Source: Candidatus Dormiibacterota bacterium (lineage in GTDB: Bacteria > Chloroflexota > Dormibacteria > Aeolococcales > Aeolococcaceae). Taken from it: a stretch of 64,000 bases of DNA. The translations under genes were made by a program, and so were the position numbers. The notes under the pieces were generated by a model that was not told the DNA's origin, did not search any database, and saw only the letters and a list, made by a program, of their open reading frames with translations. The stretch lies in NCBI GenBank assembly GCA_036276135.1, contig DATBEL010000066.1, positions 21,364-85,363 of the forward strand. Direction: 5' to 3'. This document shows, one piece after another, positions 50,140-59,880 of this stretch (position 1 is the stretch's first letter; each line of letters opens with the position of its first letter).

Positions 50140-51036
50140 ATGAGAGACGACGCCGCCGCCTCCCTGCGCGCCCTCAACGAGGTGGTCGAGCGGCTCCGCG
50201 CTCCCGGAGGATGCCCGTGGGACGGCGTTCAGACGCACCAAAGCCTGCGGCCCTACCTGCTCGAGGAGACGTACGAGGTGCTCGAGGCGATCGATGATGA
50301 CGGCCGGCCGACCCTCCGCGAGGAGCTCGGTGACGTGCTCCTGCAGGTGCTCATGCACTGCGCCATCGCCGCCGAAGCCGACGACGGTTTCGACATCGGC
50401 GACGTGGCCGAGACCACGCGCGCCAAGATGATCCACCGCCATCCTCACGTCTTCGGTGACACCGCCGTGGGGAACGCCGCCGAGGTCGTCGTCAACTGGG
50501 AGCGGCTCAAGCGCAGCGAGAAGGGCGATCGTCTGTCGCTGCTCGACGGCATCCCCAGTGCGCTGCCCGCGCTGGCGTTCGCGCAGGGGGTGCAGAAGCG
50601 TCCCGCCCGGCTTGGGTTCGACGAGACCCCGGCGACCAGCGACGCGGTCGTCGCGCTTCGCGCCGCCCTCGACGGCCTGGCATCCGTTGCCGGGGCCGCG
50701 GCGGCAGACCCGGTCCGCGGGCAGGACTGGACGGTCACCGAGGGCGAGATCCGGCGTGAGGACCGCGCCGCGGTCGGCGTCGACCCACAGCCGGCGGCCG
50801 CGCCACCGACGGCCTCCCTTGATGAGGCTGTCGGGGAGTTGCTCTTCACCGCCGTGGCGCTGGCCCGCCGGCTGCGTGTCAACCCCGAGGATGCGTTGCG
50901 GGCGCGGTCCAACCGCTTCGCGGAGCGCTTCCGGAGCCTCGAGCGACAGGCTGCCATCGACGGCGCGGACCTGCATGACATCGACGCCGCGGAGTGGCGC
51001 CGGCGGTGGGAGGACACCGCGCCGTCGACCGTATGA
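50140..51036 (+). CDS. mazG: Nucleoside triphosphate pyrophosphohydrolase MazG
   Basis: The MazG/NTP-PPase motif is present (CPWDGVQTHQSLRPYLLEETYEVLEAIDDDGRPTLREELGDVLLQVLMH), with a second MazG-like half. It follows mfd, as in actinobacterial genomes. Confidence 0.8.
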   Translation: MRDDAAASLRALNEVVERLRAPGGCPWDGVQTHQSLRPYLLEETYEVLEAIDDDGRPTLREELGDVLLQVLMHCAIAAEADDGFDIGDVAETTRAKMIHRHPHVFGDTAVGNAAEVVVNWERLKRSEKGDRLSLLDGIPSALPALAFAQGVQKRPARLGFDETPATSDAVVALRAALDGLASVAGAAAADPVRGQDWTVTEGEIRREDRAAVGVDPQPAAAPPTASLDEAVGELLFTAVALARRLRVNPEDALRARSNRFAERFRSLERQAAIDGADLHDIDAAEWRRRWEDTAPSTV

Positions 51037-51062
51037 ATGGGCCGACCTTGTCAAAATGACCG

Positions 51063-51590
51063 TTGGCGTCCATCCTTATGGAGGTCGCACGGCCAGTCTC
51101 CGCACACGTTCTCGAGGGCCGACCGATTCTTCGTCATGTCGTCGCTTCCGACGCCGGTCCGCTGCGCCGCCTGGTCATCGCCGGACTTGCAGCGCTCTCC
51201 GGCCTGGCCGCCTACGCGGTGTTCACTGAGGCCGCGCAGGGCCATGCGCTCGACTCTCGCGTCCAGTCGCTCACCACGCAGAACGCAGCGCTGCAACAGC
51301 AGATCGGCGAACGCAACCAGCAGATCGGCGAGGCCGACAACTCCGCCTGGCTCGAGGAGCAGGCACGCCGGCTTGGCTTCGTGTTCCCCGGCGAGAGCAT
51401 CTTCATCATCACCACCCCGGGGGCGCCCACGGCCGCCAGCGGTGGGCTGAACGCCCCGCTGCCCACCTTCGCACCATCCCCGTCGCCGAGCCCGAGCGCG
51501 TCGCCGCCGGCGTCGCCCTCGCCGACCGCCAGCACGCCGGCGACGCCGACCCCGGTGACATTCCGGCTTCCCTCGCCGACCCCACACTGA
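51063..51590 (+). CDS. Septum formation initiator (FtsB/DivIC)-like protein with a Pro/Ser/Thr/Ala-rich C-terminal tail
   Basis: A TM helix ([18 protein letters not shown]) is followed by a coiled coil ([47 protein letters not shown]), then a tail [27 protein letters not shown]. The start is uncertain. Confidence 0.5.
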   Translation: MASILMEVARPVSAHVLEGRPILRHVVASDAGPLRRLVIAGLAALSGLAAYAVFTEAAQGHALDSRVQSLTTQNAALQQQIGERNQQIGEADNSAWLEEQARRLGFVFPGESIFIITTPGAPTAASGGLNAPLPTFAPSPSPSPSASPPASPSPTASTPATPTPVTFRLPSPTPH

Positions 51591-51642
51591 CGGTGCGCGC
51601 CGTCGGCGGCGGGCGGGAGCCGTCGCGGGCTTCCGATACCCT

Positions 51643-54600
51643 ATGACGGTGACGGAACGCGACCAGCCCTACGCGCCGGTGAACCCGCGACCGCATTTCC
51701 CGGCAATCGAGGAGGAGGTGCTCGCGTTCTGGGACGCTGACCACACCTTCGTCGCGTCCATCGAGCAGCGCAGCGCCGCTGCCGAGTTCGTCTTCTACGA
51801 CGGCCCCCCGTTCGCCAACGGACTTCCGCATTACGGGCACCTGCTCACCGGGTTCGTCAAGGACGTGGTGCCGCGCTACAAGACCATGCGCGGCTACCGC
51901 GTGCCGCGGCGTTTCGGCTGGGATTGTCACGGGCTGCCCGCGGAGATGGAGGCTGAGCGCCAGCTGGCAATCCACGGCCATGCTGCCATCCAGAAGTACG
52001 GTGTGCAGCGGTTCAACGACTTCTGCCGCAGCTCGGTCCTCGAGTACACCGGTGAGTGGCGCAGCTACGTCACCCGCCAGGCGCGATGGGTCGACTTCGA
52101 CCACGAGTACAGGACCATGGACCTCCCCTACATGGAGAGCGTCATGTGGGCATTCCGTCAGCTGTGGGACAGGGGGCTCATCTACGAGGGCTACCGGGTG
52201 CTCCCCTATTGCTGGGAATGCGAAACGCCGCTGAGCAATTTCGAGACCCGCCTCGACGATGCCTATCGCGATCGCCAGGACCCTGCGGTGACGGTGCGGT
52301 TCACGCTCCACCCGGGGCCTGGCGAGGACACACCGACCGACCTGCTGGTGTGGACGACAACCCCATGGACGCTGCCATCCAACCTCGCCATCGCGGTCGA
52401 TCCCGATGGCGAGTACACCGTGTTCGAGGATGCAGGTCGGCGTCTGTTGGTCGGCGCTCGCGCGGCGGCGAACTACCAGAAGGAGCTCTCGGGTGCGACC
52501 GCGGTCGGCTCGGTGCGTGGCGCCGAGCTGGTCGGGCGCACCTACGCACCGCTGTTCGACTTCTTCGCCGCCGAGCCGAACAGCTTCCGCGTGCTCGCCG
52601 CCGACTTCATCAGCGACGACGAGGGCACCGGGGCGGTGCACATGGCCCCGGGTTTCGGCGAGGACGACCAGCGGCTGTGCGAGGCCAATGGGATCCGCGT
52701 GGTGGTCCCCGTCGACCAGACCGGCCGCTTCACCGCCGAGGTTCGCGACTGGCAGGGCATGCAGGTCTTCGATGCCAACCCGCTCATCGTTCGCCGTCTG
52801 CGCGAGATGGGCGCGCTGGTCCGCCACGAGACGTACGTGCACAGCTACCCCCACTGCTGGCGCACCGAGACCCCGCTCATCTATCGCGCCGTCACCTCCT
52901 GGTTCGTCGAGGTCACCAAGTTCCGCGATCGGGCCTCCGAGCTGAACCTCGAGATCAACTGGATCCCGGCGCACGTCCGCGATGGCGCGTTCGGGAAATG
53001 GATGGCCAACGCGCGCGACTGGTCGATCAGCCGCAATCGCTTCTGGGGCTCACCGATCCCGGTGTGGAAGAGTGACGACCCCGCCCACCCGCGCATCGAC
53101 GTGTACGGGTCGCTCGATGAGATCGAGCGCGACTTCGGCGTCCGTCCCGACGACCTGCATCGTCCCGGCGTCGACGAGCTCACCCGTCCCAACCCCGACG
53201 ATCCCAGCGGACAATCGACCATGCGCCGCGTCGAAGAGGTGCTCGACTGCTGGTTCGAGTCCGGCTCGATGCCGTACGCACAGGCGCATTACCCGTTCGA
53301 GAACACGGAATGGTTCGAGTCGCATCTTCCCGCCGACTTCATCGTCGAGTACATCGGACAGACCCGGGCCTGGTTCTACAACCTGCACGTCCTGTCCACC
53401 TCACTGTTCGACAAGCCGGCGTTCTCCAACTGCGTGGTGCACGGCGTCATCCTCGGCAACGACGGCCAGAAGATGAGCAAACGGCTGCGCAACTACCCCG
53501 ATCCCGAGGAGATGTTCAACAAGCATGGGGCTGACGCCGTGCGCTGGTCGCTGCTCAACTCGCCGGTGTTGCGCGGCCAGGACCTCGTCGTCAACGAGAC
53601 GGCCATCAGCGAGGGCCTGCGCCAGGTGGTCATCCCCCTGTGGAATGCGTACAGGTTCTTTGCTGACTACGCCAACATCGATGGCTACCGGGCGGGCGTC
53701 CGCAGCGACGCGACCGGCGTGCTCGACCGCTACATCCTCGCCAAGACCGGGGCGGTGGTCGGCAACGTCACCGATCGCCTGGACGCGTACGACCTCGACG
53801 GCGCGTGCCGCGTCATCAGGCAGTTCATCGACGCTCTCAACAACTGGTACATCCGGCGCAGCCGCGAGCGCGTCTGGGCCAGAGAGGTGGACGACGACAA
53901 GCGCGATTGCTACGACACGCTGTACACCGTGCTGACCACGCTCTGCCAGGTGGCGGCGCCGCTGTTGCCGATGATCACCGAGCACGTGTATCGCAGCCTC
54001 ACCGGGGCGCGCAGCGTGCACCTCACCGACTACCCCAGGCGTGACCATCTGCCCGCCGACGACGATCTGGTCGCCGCCATGGACCTGGTCAGGGAGGTGT
54101 GCTCCGCCGTGCTCTCGGTGCGGCGCGCCGCCGACCGGCGGGTGCGTCTGCCGCTGCCCTCGGTCACCGTCGCGGTTGCCCAACCGCAGCTCCTCGAGCC
54201 CTATGTCGAGCTCATCGCCGACGAGGTCAACGTCAAGAGCGTGCAGCTCAGCGACGACGTCGACGCCATGGCGCGCCGGGTGCTGGCGGTCAATGCGGCG
54301 GTGGTGGGTCCACGCCTCGGGGCTCTGGCGCCGGCGGTCTTCGCCGCGGCTCGTGCGGGGGATTGGCGGCGGACCGAGGGGGGCGTGGAGGTGGCCGGCC
54401 AGCACCTCGGGCCCGACGAGTTCACCCTGGCGATCCGCGCCCAGGACGAGGCGACGACGCGCGTGCTCGAGAGCGGCAGCGGTGCCGTCTCGGTCGACAT
54501 CGCGGTGACGCCGGCGCTGGAACGGGAGGGCCTGGCCCGCGACGTGGTGCGGCTGGTGCAGTCGGCCCGGCGGGAGGCCGGTTTTCGGCTTGCCGACAGG

Positions 54601-54780
54601 ATCCGCCTGGCGCTCGACCTCCCGGACGCCCACGCGGCTGCCGTCGCCGAGCACCGTGACCACGTGGCGTCGGAGACGCTTGCCACCGAGCTGACCATCG
54701 GCGACATCCCATCAGGGATGAACATCCACGAGACGCCGTTGGATGGTCGCCCGGCCCGCATCGGTCTCGCTCGCATCTAG
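51643..54780 (+). CDS. ileS: Isoleucine--tRNA ligase (type 2, eukaryote-like)
   Basis: The HIGH-type motif [16 protein letters not shown] and the KMSKS motif (KMSKRL) are present. At 1045 aa it shows type-2 architecture. Confidence 0.9.
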   Translation: MTVTERDQPYAPVNPRPHFPAIEEEVLAFWDADHTFVASIEQRSAAAEFVFYDGPPFANGLPHYGHLLTGFVKDVVPRYKTMRGYRVPRRFGWDCHGLPAEMEAERQLAIHGHAAIQKYGVQRFNDFCRSSVLEYTGEWRSYVTRQARWVDFDHEYRTMDLPYMESVMWAFRQLWDRGLIYEGYRVLPYCWECETPLSNFETRLDDAYRDRQDPAVTVRFTLHPGPGEDTPTDLLVWTTTPWTLPSNLAIAVDPDGEYTVFEDAGRRLLVGARAAANYQKELSGATAVGSVRGAELVGRTYAPLFDFFAAEPNSFRVLAADFISDDEGTGAVHMAPGFGEDDQRLCEANGIRVVVPVDQTGRFTAEVRDWQGMQVFDANPLIVRRLREMGALVRHETYVHSYPHCWRTETPLIYRAVTSWFVEVTKFRDRASELNLEINWIPAHVRDGAFGKWMANARDWSISRNRFWGSPIPVWKSDDPAHPRIDVYGSLDEIERDFGVRPDDLHRPGVDELTRPNPDDPSGQSTMRRVEEVLDCWFESGSMPYAQAHYPFENTEWFESHLPADFIVEYIGQTRAWFYNLHVLSTSLFDKPAFSNCVVHGVILGNDGQKMSKRLRNYPDPEEMFNKHGADAVRWSLLNSPVLRGQDLVVNETAISEGLRQVVIPLWNAYRFFADYANIDGYRAGVRSDATGVLDRYILAKTGAVVGNVTDRLDAYDLDGACRVIRQFIDALNNWYIRRSRERVWAREVDDDKRDCYDTLYTVLTTLCQVAAPLLPMITEHVYRSLTGARSVHLTDYPRRDHLPADDDLVAAMDLVREVCSAVLSVRRAADRRVRLPLPSVTVAVAQPQLLEPYVELIADEVNVKSVQLSDDVDAMARRVLAVNAAVVGPRLGALAPAVFAAARAGDWRRTEGGVEVAGQHLGPDEFTLAIRAQDEATTRVLESGSGAVSVDIAVTPALEREGLARDVVRLVQSARREAGFRLADRIRLALDLPDAHAAAVAEHRDHVASETLATELTIGDIPSGMNIHETPLDGRPARIGLARI

Positions 54781-54825
54781 GCCGCGGCTGCCAGGCCGTC
54801 GCGGGGTGATGCGCTAAACTGGCCC

Positions 54826-54897
54826 GGCGGCGTGGAGCAGTGGCAGCTCGTCGGGCTCATAACCCGAAGGTCGCCGGTTCGAGTCCGGCCGCCGCAA
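54826..54897 (+). tRNA. tRNA-Met (anticodon CAT), initiator-like tRNA-fMet
   Basis: The sequence is near-identical to E. coli tRNA-fMet through the D, anticodon and T arms (TGGAGCAG...GCTCGTCGGGCTCATAACCCGAAGGTCG.CGGTTC). The three G-C pairs in the anticodon stem (GGG/CCC) are present. The 1:72 pair is mismatched (G-A by my count). CCA is not encoded. Confidence 0.7.
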
Positions 54898-55107
54898 TTT
54901 TTTGCGCCCCAGGCGGCAGGTCCCCACGCGGCTCCGCCGCGCGGGGGGCCCCTTCCTTTTCACAGAGGGGCGATGCGCCCCTCTCACAGCCCCGGCAGAG
55001 CCGGCGCTGCTCACTCCCCACTCGCCGCGATAAATCGCGGCGCGCAACCTCCGTTGGTGCAGGCCAGGGGATCCTGATCTTTCGCGCCTTACAATCCGGC
55101 GCGCAAC

Positions 55108-55180
55108 GGCGGCATAGCTCAGTTGGTAGAGCGCCCGGCTCATACCCGGTATGTCCCTGGTTCGAATCCAGGTGCCGCCA
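55108..55180 (+). tRNA. tRNA with anticodon CAT: elongator tRNA-Met or lysidine-type tRNA-Ile2
   Basis: A cloverleaf folds: acceptor GGCGGCA/TGCCGCC, D arm GCTC-AGTTGGTA-GAGC, anticodon loop CTCATAC, T arm CCTGG-TTCGAAT-CCAGG. It lies 25 nt upstream of tilS. Confidence 0.7.
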
Positions 55181-55204
55181 CACCGCCGCTCAGACTGGTG
55201 TGTG

Positions 55205-55939
55205 ATGAGCTCGCATGGGTCGTCGCTCGAGCCGCGCCAGCGCGACGCCGCGGTTGGCCGGCTGCGCCGCGCCGTCGCCACCGCCCTGGACCGCCGTGGT
55301 GTGCTGCGTCGCGGGGAGACCGTGGTGGTGGCCTGCAGCGGGGGCCCGGATTCCATGGCCATGCTCGACGCCCTGGCGCGGCTGGCGCCGCCGCGCCGGC
55401 TCGGTCTGCACGTGGCCCATGTCGACCATGGCCTGCGCGAGGGGTCGGCCGCCGAGGCCGCCCCGGTCCGCGCCGCCGCAGAGTCGCGCGCCCTGCCCTT
55501 CAGCGGTCTGACGGCGGCGGTGGCCTCGCACGGGTCGTCGCTCCAGGACCGCGCTCGTGACGCCCGTCACGCCGCGCTGCACGCCCTTGCCGAGGACATC
55601 GGAGCCACCGCGATCGCCCTGGCGCACACCGCCGACGACCAGGCGGAGACGGTGCTGATGCGTGCCCTGTCCGGGGCGACGCCGCGCGCGCTGGCGGCGA
55701 TGGGGGAGCGCCAGGGCCGGCTGGCCAGACCGCTGCTCCGGGCCTGGCGCGCAGACGTGATGGCGTACTGCGCTGCGTTGCAGCTGGATGTGGTCGACGA
55801 CCCGAGCAACGCCGACCCCCGATTCCTGCGCGCTCGCGTCCGGCACGAGCTCATCCCCGCGCTCGAACGCGTCTTCCCGTCAGCCCGCCGGCGGCTGTGC
55901 GTGCTCGCCGACCATCAGCGCCGCCTTCTCGACGGCTGA
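55205..55939 (+). CDS. tilS: tRNA(Ile)-lysidine synthetase TilS, short form (PP-loop catalytic domain only, 244 aa)
   Basis: The PP-loop SGGPDS sits within [18 protein letters not shown], with downstream ATP-pyrophosphatase motifs ([17 protein letters not shown]). There are no C-terminal tRNA-binding domains. Confidence 0.75.
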   Translation: MSSHGSSLEPRQRDAAVGRLRRAVATALDRRGVLRRGETVVVACSGGPDSMAMLDALARLAPPRRLGLHVAHVDHGLREGSAAEAAPVRAAAESRALPFSGLTAAVASHGSSLQDRARDARHAALHALAEDIGATAIALAHTADDQAETVLMRALSGATPRALAAMGERQGRLARPLLRAWRADVMAYCAALQLDVVDDPSNADPRFLRARVRHELIPALERVFPSARRRLCVLADHQRRLLDG

Positions 55940-56016
55940 GAGGCCCGCCGGGGGACCCGCGGCACCCCTTTGCTCACGCACCGCAACGGCGCGCCGACGC
56001 ATCGAGGACAGGGGGG

Positions 56017-57963
56017 ATGAATCCAGACCCTCTGATAGACTGCAAGGCGATGCGCAACCCTCGTCGCGGCCTGTACGCCGCCCTGGCGGTACTGGTCGTC
56101 CTGGTGCTTTTTGCGCTCTTGCGCGGGGTCCAGAGCCCGAGCGCGCAGTCCAAGGATTCGGGTGCCCTCGACCAGGCGGTCCTCAATTGGAAGAACCATT
56201 CCAGCGACAGGCTCAACACCATCGACGGCTCCAATGGCTCGCACCAGGCGGTCATCAATGGCGACGGCACCTCGGTCACCTGGTACGACCAGAACGGCGA
56301 CCAGTACCAGACCACTGTCGGCTCCAGCGCCGAAGCGCTCAAGATCTTCACCGATAATGGCTTCACCAACTTCCGCAACGATTCCAATGGGAGCAACGTC
56401 CTGTTGAGCGTCCTCTTGCCCAACCTCGTCCTCTTCGGGTTGATGGCTCTGTTTCTGCTCTGGATCTTCCGGCAGACGCAGAGCGGCAACAACCAGGCCA
56501 TGTCATTCGGCCGGAGCCGCGCCAGGCTGCTGACCGGCGACAAGCCGGCGATCACCTTCGCCGACGTCGCCGGCGTCGAGGAGGCCAAGACCGAGCTCTC
56601 CGAGATCGTCGAGTTCCTGAAGTACCCCGACAAGTTCACCGCGGTCGGCGCGCGCATCCCCAAGGGCGTGCTCCTGGTCGGGCCCCCCGGCACCGGCAAG
56701 ACGCTGCTCAGCAAGGCAGTCGCCGGTGAGGCCGGCGTCCCGTTCTTCAGCATCAGCGGCTCCGAGTTCGTCGAGATGTTCGTCGGCGTCGGCGCCAGCC
56801 GGGTGCGCGACCTGTTCGACCAGGCCAAGAAGAACGCGCCGTGCATCGTGTTCGTCGACGAGATCGACGCCGTCGGCCGCCAGCGCGGAGCCGGCCTCGG
56901 CGGTGGTCACGACGAGCGCGAGCAGACGCTGAACCAACTCCTCGTCGAGATGGACGGCTTCGAGACGGCGACCCACGTGATCGTCATCGCCGCCACCAAC
57001 CGTCCGGACGTGCTCGACCCGGCGCTGCTGCGGCCGGGACGCTTCGACCGCCACGTCATGCTCGACCGCGCCGACATCCGCGGCCGCCGCGCCATCCTCG
57101 AGGTGCACGCCCGCAACAAGCCGCTCGATCCCTCTGTCGAGCTCGAGGTGCTCGCCAAGCAGACGCCGGGCTTCTCCGGCGCCGACCTCGCCAACCTCAT
57201 CAACGAGGGCGCGATCCTCGCCGCGCGGAACAACCGCAAGGTGATCACCATGCCCGACCTCGAGGAGGCGATCGCCCGTGTCATCGCCGGCCCCGAGCGC
57301 AAGAGCCGCATGATCGGTGAGAACGAGAAGCGCACCATCGCCTTCCACGAGATGGGCCACGCCATGGTGGGAATGCTTCTCCAGCACACCGACCCGGTGC
57401 ACAAGATCTCCGTGGTGAGCCGCGGCATGGCGCTCGGCTGGACGCTGAGCCTGCCCTCCGAGGACAAGTACCTGGTCAGCAAGGCCGAGCTCGAGGACCA
57501 GCTCGCGCAGATCCTCGGCGGCCGCTGCGCGGAGGAGCTCATCCTCGGCGAGAACAACATCACCACCGGGGCGTCCGACGACATCCGCAAGGCCACGCAG
57601 CTGGCCCGGCGCATGGTCACGGAGTGGGGGATGAGCGACAAGCTCGGGCCGCTGACCTTCGGCACCAAGGAGGAGCTCGTCTTCCTCGGCCGTGACCTCG
57701 GCGAGCAGCGCAACTACTCAGAGGACATCGCCAGCGAGATCGACCAGGAGGTGCACCACCTCGTCGAGACCGCCTTCCAGAAGGCCAAGGAGGTGCTCCG
57801 TCCGCGCGAGCACATCCTCCGCGCCCTGGCCACCCGCCTCATCGAGGTGGAGACCATGGAGGCGGCGGAGATGAAGAGGATCATCGCCGAGCTCGAGGGC
57901 AGCGCCCCTCCGGCTCCGCCCGCAGCCGCCGAGCCACCCACCGAGGCTGCCGCCGGCGCCTGA
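56017..57963 (+). CDS. ftsH: ATP-dependent zinc metalloprotease FtsH
   Basis: Two N-terminal TM helices are followed by the AAA Walker A (GPPGTGKT), the SRH region, the zinc site HEMGHAM and C-terminal helices. The start was chosen at ATG 56017 (MNPDPL), which is preceded by a G-rich ribosome-binding site. Confidence 0.9.
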   Translation: MNPDPLIDCKAMRNPRRGLYAALAVLVVLVLFALLRGVQSPSAQSKDSGALDQAVLNWKNHSSDRLNTIDGSNGSHQAVINGDGTSVTWYDQNGDQYQTTVGSSAEALKIFTDNGFTNFRNDSNGSNVLLSVLLPNLVLFGLMALFLLWIFRQTQSGNNQAMSFGRSRARLLTGDKPAITFADVAGVEEAKTELSEIVEFLKYPDKFTAVGARIPKGVLLVGPPGTGKTLLSKAVAGEAGVPFFSISGSEFVEMFVGVGASRVRDLFDQAKKNAPCIVFVDEIDAVGRQRGAGLGGGHDEREQTLNQLLVEMDGFETATHVIVIAATNRPDVLDPALLRPGRFDRHVMLDRADIRGRRAILEVHARNKPLDPSVELEVLAKQTPGFSGADLANLINEGAILAARNNRKVITMPDLEEAIARVIAGPERKSRMIGENEKRTIAFHEMGHAMVGMLLQHTDPVHKISVVSRGMALGWTLSLPSEDKYLVSKAELEDQLAQILGGRCAEELILGENNITTGASDDIRKATQLARRMVTEWGMSDKLGPLTFGTKEELVFLGRDLGEQRNYSEDIASEIDQEVHHLVETAFQKAKEVLRPREHILRALATRLIEVETMEAAEMKRIIAELEGSAPPAPPAAAEPPTEAAAGA

Positions 57964-58142
57964 GCCCGGGTCCCGGGTCACACAGAGCTGCCGTGCCTCG
58001 TTGGTCTGGCGCGTACGGCGCGCTACACTGGTCAGCGACGGCGGCAGTGCCAGCCGGTCCGGCCCATGGACGCTGGTGCGCCGTGAGGCCACCTGACCGT
58101 GGCACCGGCGCCCGTCCTGAGGCGAGGCGCTTGGATCACGAG

Positions 58143-59081
58143 GTGACCGAGACGGTGAAGGCAGCTGCAGGGAGCGAACGGCCCACGCTCGCATTCATCG
58201 GGGCCGGACGGGCGGGCTCCGCCCTGGCCGTGGCCCTGTCGGGCGCCGGCCACAGCATCGTCGCGGTGCACAGTCGCACCCCTGCCCACGCCGCCCGGCT
58301 CGCGGCCCGGACGGGGGCAGACGTGGTCGCCACTGCCATCGAGGCGGCCCGCCGTGCCAACATCACCTTCGCCACCGTGCCCGACGCGCAGATCGCCCGC
58401 GTCGCCGCGACCATCGCGGCCTCGGGTGCGGCGCTGCGCGGCCGCTCACTGGTGCACTGCAGCGCCACCAGCGGCCCGGAGGTCCTCGCCGCGGCGAGGG
58501 TCACCGCCGCCACGACCGGCGCATTCCACCCGCTCCAGGCGCTCGCCGGGGCGCGGAGCGCCAGCCTGCTCCGCGGCACCAGCTTCGCCGTCGAGGCAGC
58601 GCCGCCGCTGCTCGGCCGGCTGCAGTCGATGGTGGAGGACCTCGGCGGTCATCTCCTCGCCCTGCCTCCCGGTGGGCGCGCCCTCTACCACGCCGCGGCT
58701 GTCCTGGCCGGCAACGCGCCGCTGGCGCTGCTCGCCCGCGCCACCATCCTTCTCGAGGAGGCCGGCGTTGCCCGGCCAGACGCGCATCGCGCGCTCGGCG
58801 CCCTGCTCGCCGGGGCGGCGAGCAACGCGTCGGCCGCTGGCCCGGCGTCGGCCCTCACCGGCCCGGTGGTGCGCGGTGACGCCGCCACCATCGCCCACCA
58901 CCTCGACGTCCTCAGCGCCGACCCGAGCACCCGCGAGCTGTATCGGCGGCTCGCGCTCGAGACCCTCGCGCTGGCCGGACCCGAGGGCCGCGAGGCGGTG
59001 GCCGACGCTCTGGCAGCCGCCGCTCCCCGCCGCCCCGGCCGCCCTGCTGCCGCGGTCGTCGCGCACCCGCGGGTGGCCTGA
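58143..59081 (+). CDS. Rossmann-fold NAD(P)-binding protein, DUF2520-like
   Basis: The N-terminus LAFIGAGRAGSALAVAL is a GxGxxG dinucleotide-binding motif. The C-terminal helical domain resembles ProC/ketopantoate-reductase-like folds. It lies directly upstream of panB. The GTG start is approximate. Confidence 0.6.
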   Translation: MTETVKAAAGSERPTLAFIGAGRAGSALAVALSGAGHSIVAVHSRTPAHAARLAARTGADVVATAIEAARRANITFATVPDAQIARVAATIAASGAALRGRSLVHCSATSGPEVLAAARVTAATTGAFHPLQALAGARSASLLRGTSFAVEAAPPLLGRLQSMVEDLGGHLLALPPGGRALYHAAAVLAGNAPLALLARATILLEEAGVARPDAHRALGALLAGAASNASAAGPASALTGPVVRGDAATIAHHLDVLSADPSTRELYRRLALETLALAGPEGREAVADALAAAAPRRPGRPAAAVVAHPRVA

Positions 59082-59085
59082 CCCA

Positions 59086-59880
59086 GTGGCGGTCACCGTC
59101 CACGACCTCCGCGCCCACAAGGAGCGGGGCGAGCGCTTCGTCATGGTCACCGCCTACGACGTTGCCATCGCGCGCCTCCTCGCCGCCGCCGGGGTGCCAG
59201 CGCTGCTGGTCGGCGACAGCGTGGGCAACAACCACCTCGGCTACGACACCACCCTGCCGGTGACCATGGAGGAGATGCTCCACCACGCCCGGGCCGTGGT
59301 TCGTGGCGCACCCGACCAGCTGCTCGTCGGCGACATGCCCTTCGGCTCCTACCACGAGTCGGACGAGCAGGCGGTCGGCAATGCCGCCCGCTTCATCAAG
59401 GCCGGGATGCACGCGGTCAAGCTCGAGGGCGGCGGCTGGGTGACACCGATCGTTGCCCGCCTCGTCGAGCGCGGCATCCCGGTGATGGGCCACCTCGGCC
59501 TCACCCCGCAGTTCGTCAACGCATTCGGCGGGTTCAAGGTGCAGGGTCGCACCGCCGAGGCTCGCGAGCGGATCCTGGCCGACGCGCGGGCGCTGGAGGC
59601 GGCCGGGGCGTTCAGCCTGGTCCTCGAGGGCATCCCCCGCGACCTCGCCGCCGCCGTCACCGCTGCGGTGTCCGTCCCGACCATCGGCATTGGCGCCGGT
59701 CCGGACTGCGACGGACAGGTGCTGGTCGTCTACGACCTGCTCGGAATCACTCGTGGGGTGATGCCCAAGTTCGCCAGGGCCTACGCCGACATCGGCGAGC
59801 GCATCGTCAGCGCGGCGCGCGAATTCGGCGCCGACGTCGCCGCCGGCACCTTCCCTGACGATGCCCACAGCTACCACTGA
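59086..59880 (+). CDS. panB: 3-methyl-2-oxobutanoate hydroxymethyltransferase (ketopantoate hydroxymethyltransferase)
   Basis: PanB motifs are present (VMVTAYD, LVGDSVGNNHLGYDTTLPVTMEEML, VKLEGG). The GTG start is near 59086. Confidence 0.85.
   Translation: MAVTVHDLRAHKERGERFVMVTAYDVAIARLLAAAGVPALLVGDSVGNNHLGYDTTLPVTMEEMLHHARAVVRGAPDQLLVGDMPFGSYHESDEQAVGNAARFIKAGMHAVKLEGGGWVTPIVARLVERGIPVMGHLGLTPQFVNAFGGFKVQGRTAEARERILADARALEAAGAFSLVLEGIPRDLAAAVTAAVSVPTIGIGAGPDCDGQVLVVYDLLGITRGVMPKFARAYADIGERIVSAAREFGADVAAGTFPDDAHSYH

Noticed and set aside
50023-51054. 343-aa minus-strand ORF antisense to mazG
   Set aside because: It overlaps the MazG coding frame entirely and shows no motifs.
51380-51660. 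Possible T-box riboswitch upstream of ileS
   Set aside because: No match to the T-box consensus (AATTAGGGTGGNACCGCG) or a specifier-loop architecture was found by eye. The region is occupied by the PS-rich tail of the upstream ORF and a 52-nt spacer.
51409-52974. 521-aa minus-strand ORF antisense to ileS and the ftsB-like gene
   Set aside because: It is antisense to ileS with its HIGH and KMSKS motifs in frame. It is an artefact of high GC.
57964-58142. CCCGGGTCCCGGG palindromic element after the ftsH stop, considered as a terminator or riboswitch for the pan operon
   Set aside because: The two half-sites are each self-complementary and cannot form a hairpin with a usable loop. There is no U-run and no match to known cis-regulatory RNAs.
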